Of a stretch of DNA of 64,000 nt, positions 61,509 to 64,000 are shown piece by piece. Made by a program: the position numbers and the translations under genes. Positions within the stretch are counted from its first letter, which is position 1. The number at the start of each line of letters is the position of its first letter. Under the pieces are notes generated by a model, which saw only the letters and a program-made list of their open reading frames with translations, did no database searches and was not told where the DNA came from. This DNA is from Acidobacteriota bacterium. GTDB taxonomy: Bacteria > Acidobacteriota > Terriglobia > Terriglobales > Acidobacteriaceae. The DNA is taken from NCBI GenBank assembly GCA_021792795.1, contig JAJYUB010000005.1, forward strand, positions 28,673 to 92,672, read 5' to 3'.

Positions 61509-63635
61509 ATGAGATTTTGTTTGGCTCTTGTCGCACTTATACTTTCCGTTGCCGGAAGTGGCCGCGCGGGTCAGGCGCAGACAACCAGCGGCATGGCGCC
61601 ATTCACCATGGACCATCGCCGCGCCGCCTTGTCCCATTCGCCGGTGGATGTGTCGTTCCTGCTGGACGCTCCGGCTGGCAAGCATGGATTTGTCCAGGTC
61701 AAAGATGGCCACCTGGCGACCGGAGAGGGCAAGCGCATTCGCTTGTGGGGAGTCAATATCACGGACTGGAGCAAAGGCTCGCGACAAATCCCATCCAAAC
61801 CGGATGCGCCGTTCTGGGCGGCGACCCTGGCCCGTTTTGGCGTGAACTGCGTGCGCTTTCAATTTCTCGACCTGGAGACGCCTCGCGGTCTTATCGATGG
61901 CCATCGCCAGGACACCCGCGGGCTTGATGTGGAGCAACTGGATCGAGAAGATTTCTTTATTTATCAGCTTGAAAAGCGCGGCATCTATGTCGATTTCAAC
62001 CTGCTGGTGGGCCGTCCATTCAAGACTGCGGACGGCGTGCAGGATGCGCAACTTCTGCGGCAAGGCGCCAAGGGGACCTCTCTCTTCGATCTGCGCATGA
62101 TCGAACTGCAGAAGGAGTATGCGCGGCAGCTTCTGGCCCACAGGAACCCGTATACCAAGCTCAAGTACACCGACGATCCAGCCGTGGCGATTGTCGAGAT
62201 CAACAATGAAAATGCGTTGGATATCGGGTATCGCGCTCCATCGCCGTTCTACCGGCAAGAACTAACGGGAATGTATAACCGGTGGCTTGCCAGGCATCGA
62301 ACAGATGAACAAATCGCAGAGCTGCGCAGCATCGCCGGTGTAGATGCGAATGCGTCAGTGCCCCTTATTGCCTGGCAAGGACAGGCAGCAACCGCGCCGC
62401 CAGAACGTTTCTATGCGGAAGCTGAGTTCTACAACGACGTGCAACGCGATTATTTTACCGGCATGGAAAATTATCTAAAACGCACCCTCGGAGACAAATC
62501 GCTCGCGATTGCGACTGCCGATCATAGTCATGCGAACAGCGGTTACCCCATGCTGCTGGCGACTTCATCGCTTGATGTAATCGATGGGCACACCTACTGG
62601 GAACACCCCGGAATGTATGTCCGCAAATCTCCCATGGTCGACGATCCATTCAACTCCACCGTGGTTGAGCTTTCACGCTCTGCCATCGCAGGCAAGCCGT
62701 ACATCGTAAGTGAGGTCGACAATCCATTCCCAAACGACTATGACGGAGAAGGCATTCCGATTCTTGCCGCCTATGGCGCACTCCAGGACTGGGACGGGAT
62801 CTTCTGGTACACCTTTGAACCTAAGGTCGATCCTGCATGGCAGCCTTACGTGGGCGATCCATTCGATATCTCCCTCGATCCGGTCAAGATGCCGGAATTG
62901 GCTGCTGGCGCCCTGATGTTTCTTCGCGGCGACGTCGAAAAAGCCCGCAATGTGGCGGAACGGTCCTACACGGAGAAGCAGGTCTTTGACAGCATGCTTC
63001 TTCCGTCAGCGGAGCGTCCTTACTTTACGCCAGGCTTCCCGCTCTATCTGCCACTTGAACATGAGGTGCGCATCTCGTCGCTGAATGGCCCTCCGACACA
63101 GTCTTTTCCCAAAGCAACCGCGCCAGGTCCCATCCTCTCCGACACACGGCAACTTACCTGGTACACATCGCCCGAGAAGTCTGGGATGGTAGCCATCGAT
63201 ACTCCCCGTACACAGGCCCTGATCGGCTTTGTCCGGTCGAACGGAAAAGCCGTCAGCGGTCTTTCGGTGTCCGTCGCTAACACCTTTTGTACAATCCTGC
63301 TTAGCTCCATGGACGATAAACCTATCTCCCAGTCCTCCAAGCTGCTCTTGGTCGCCGGCGGGCGCGTTGAAAACACCGGCCAACAATGGAACATCGCCGG
63401 AACAAATGTGACGAATTGGGGAGTTTCACCGACACTCATCGAGCAGGTGACGGGAACGCTCACGCTTCACCGTCTTCAGGGCGCCCGCGTGGTCCATCTT
63501 CAGCCGATCGACGGTGCCGGACAGCCCTTAGGCGCCTCCATTGAAGCAGAAAAGGTCCCCGGAGATAACTGGAAGGTTGCGTTGGGGAAGCGCGCCACCA
63601 CCACCTGGTATGAGGTCACAGTGGAACGCCGATGA
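61509..63635 (+). CDS. Secreted clan GH-A (GH5-like) glycoside hydrolase, specificity unknown
   Basis: The ATG at 61509 gives MRFCLALVALILSVAGSGRAGQA (signal peptide). RLWGVNITDW, GVNCVRFQFLD and AIVEINNENAL (NE acid/base motif of clan GH-A) are present. Confidence 0.6.
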   Translation: MRFCLALVALILSVAGSGRAGQAQTTSGMAPFTMDHRRAALSHSPVDVSFLLDAPAGKHGFVQVKDGHLATGEGKRIRLWGVNITDWSKGSRQIPSKPDAPFWAATLARFGVNCVRFQFLDLETPRGLIDGHRQDTRGLDVEQLDREDFFIYQLEKRGIYVDFNLLVGRPFKTADGVQDAQLLRQGAKGTSLFDLRMIELQKEYARQLLAHRNPYTKLKYTDDPAVAIVEINNENALDIGYRAPSPFYRQELTGMYNRWLARHRTDEQIAELRSIAGVDANASVPLIAWQGQAATAPPERFYAEAEFYNDVQRDYFTGMENYLKRTLGDKSLAIATADHSHANSGYPMLLATSSLDVIDGHTYWEHPGMYVRKSPMVDDPFNSTVVELSRSAIAGKPYIVSEVDNPFPNDYDGEGIPILAAYGALQDWDGIFWYTFEPKVDPAWQPYVGDPFDISLDPVKMPELAAGALMFLRGDVEKARNVAERSYTEKQVFDSMLLPSAERPYFTPGFPLYLPLEHEVRISSLNGPPTQSFPKATAPGPILSDTRQLTWYTSPEKSGMVAIDTPRTQALIGFVRSNGKAVSGLSVSVANTFCTILLSSMDDKPISQSSKLLLVAGGRVENTGQQWNIAGTNVTNWGVSPTLIEQVTGTLTLHRLQGARVVHLQPIDGAGQPLGASIEAEKVPGDNWKVALGKRATTTWYEVTVERR

Positions 63636-63722
63636 AACTATCGACCATTTGTGAGCTTAGTGGGCGGCATACAAGCCATGGCCCTGAAAAAGAACACCGC
63701 GCATGCAGGTCAGCCAGGGGTG

Positions 63723-64000
63723 CTATTTTTGTTGCTGGTCGTCCGTGGGAGTGGAACGCGCGTTCATTTCCCGATATAGGCTTTTGACCCGGTCCTTAGT
63801 TTTCTTGATTTCCTGGAACAGGCGAAGCTGCTGCTGTTCTTCGTCTTTCAAATTCAGCGCTCTGCATACCGTGGCCAGTCGATAATGCGCCTCCGCGTTC
63901 AAAGGGTCGGACATCACAACGGCGCGCAGGTATTTCATGGCGTCTTGCGGCTTATTCTCCTCCATCAGCAACTTGGCAAGCCCCATCTGCGCATCTTCAT
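63723..64000 (-). CDS. TPR-repeat protein, C-terminal end (5' part lies beyond the window end)
   Basis: The frame stays open to the window edge (...EDAQMGLAKLLMEENKPQDAMKYLRAVVMSDPLNAEAHYRLATVCRALN), which looks like TPR repeats. Confidence 0.6.
   Translation of the reverse strand, partial: EDAQMGLAKLLMEENKPQDAMKYLRAVVMSDPLNAEAHYRLATVCRALNLKDEEQQQLRLFQEIKKTKDRVKSLYREMNARSTPTDDQQQK

Noticed and set aside
1-64000. CRISPR arrays, rRNA genes, long tandem repeats, and recognisable defence systems (restriction-modification, Cas, nuclease/helicase cassettes)
   Set aside because: I saw no regularly spaced repeats, rRNA-like conserved stretches, or defence-type protein motifs in any frame on reading the window.

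Overview
About 64 kb of high-GC (roughly 58-60% by eye) bacterial chromosome. The gene content looks Acidobacteriota-like, which is my inference from two giant TonB-dependent receptors with carboxypeptidase-regulatory-like N-termini and no SusD partner, many Tat/Sec-exported glycoside hydrolases, and Gfo/Idh/MocA plus xylose-isomerase-fold pairs. I call about 43 intact protein genes, 1 tRNA (anticodon CAT) and 6 gene remnants or pseudogenes. I found no rRNA and no CRISPR array. Layout: (1) 1-10.6 kb is housekeeping and miscellaneous: a topA fragment missing from the ORF track, dprA, a metallophosphoesterase, GT2, a Tat-exported oxidoreductase, mqnA, an SRPBCC/ArsR pair, and a JAMM/MoeZ pair. 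(2) 10.6-17.3 kb is a tightly packed six-gene minus-strand cluster. It joins a tetraheme cytochrome c, a Tat-exported FeS protein and an NrfD-type subunit, with no catalytic subunit, to an ~18-TM protein, a radical SAM enzyme and a DUF2029/GT87-like membrane protein. This is my best candidate for an undescribed system. (3) 17.4-19.3 kb holds a decayed IS1182/IS5-type transposase remnant and an orphan MacB-type permease. (4) 19.4-23.2 kb is hemE-hemH-hemY with 4-nt overlaps, and HemH carries a ~55-aa low-complexity insertion. (5) 23.4-33.4 kb holds a truncated lutA, a chimeric IclR-HTH/sugar-binding-domain regulator, an L-rhamnose phosphorylative catabolic cluster (rhaEW, rhaB, rhaI), and then a lactonase, a sugar-phosphate isomerase-fold protein and an oxidoreductase. 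(6) 33.5-43.2 kb holds a LysR regulator, a GH36-like alpha-galactosidase with a PKD domain, a TonB-dependent receptor and an unknown secreted TIM-barrel protein. (7) 43.2-43.9 kb holds tRNA(CAT) and a tyrosine-recombinase pseudogene. (8) 44.1-63.6 kb is a galactan-type polysaccharide utilisation region: a LacI regulator, a TonB-dependent receptor, GH35, GH53, a propeller/Y_Y_Y sensor kinase, a NarL-type response regulator and a clan GH-A hydrolase, plus a frameshifted oxidoreductase and a GH2 C-terminal fragment. All family assignments come from my reading of motifs in the translations. No database search was run.
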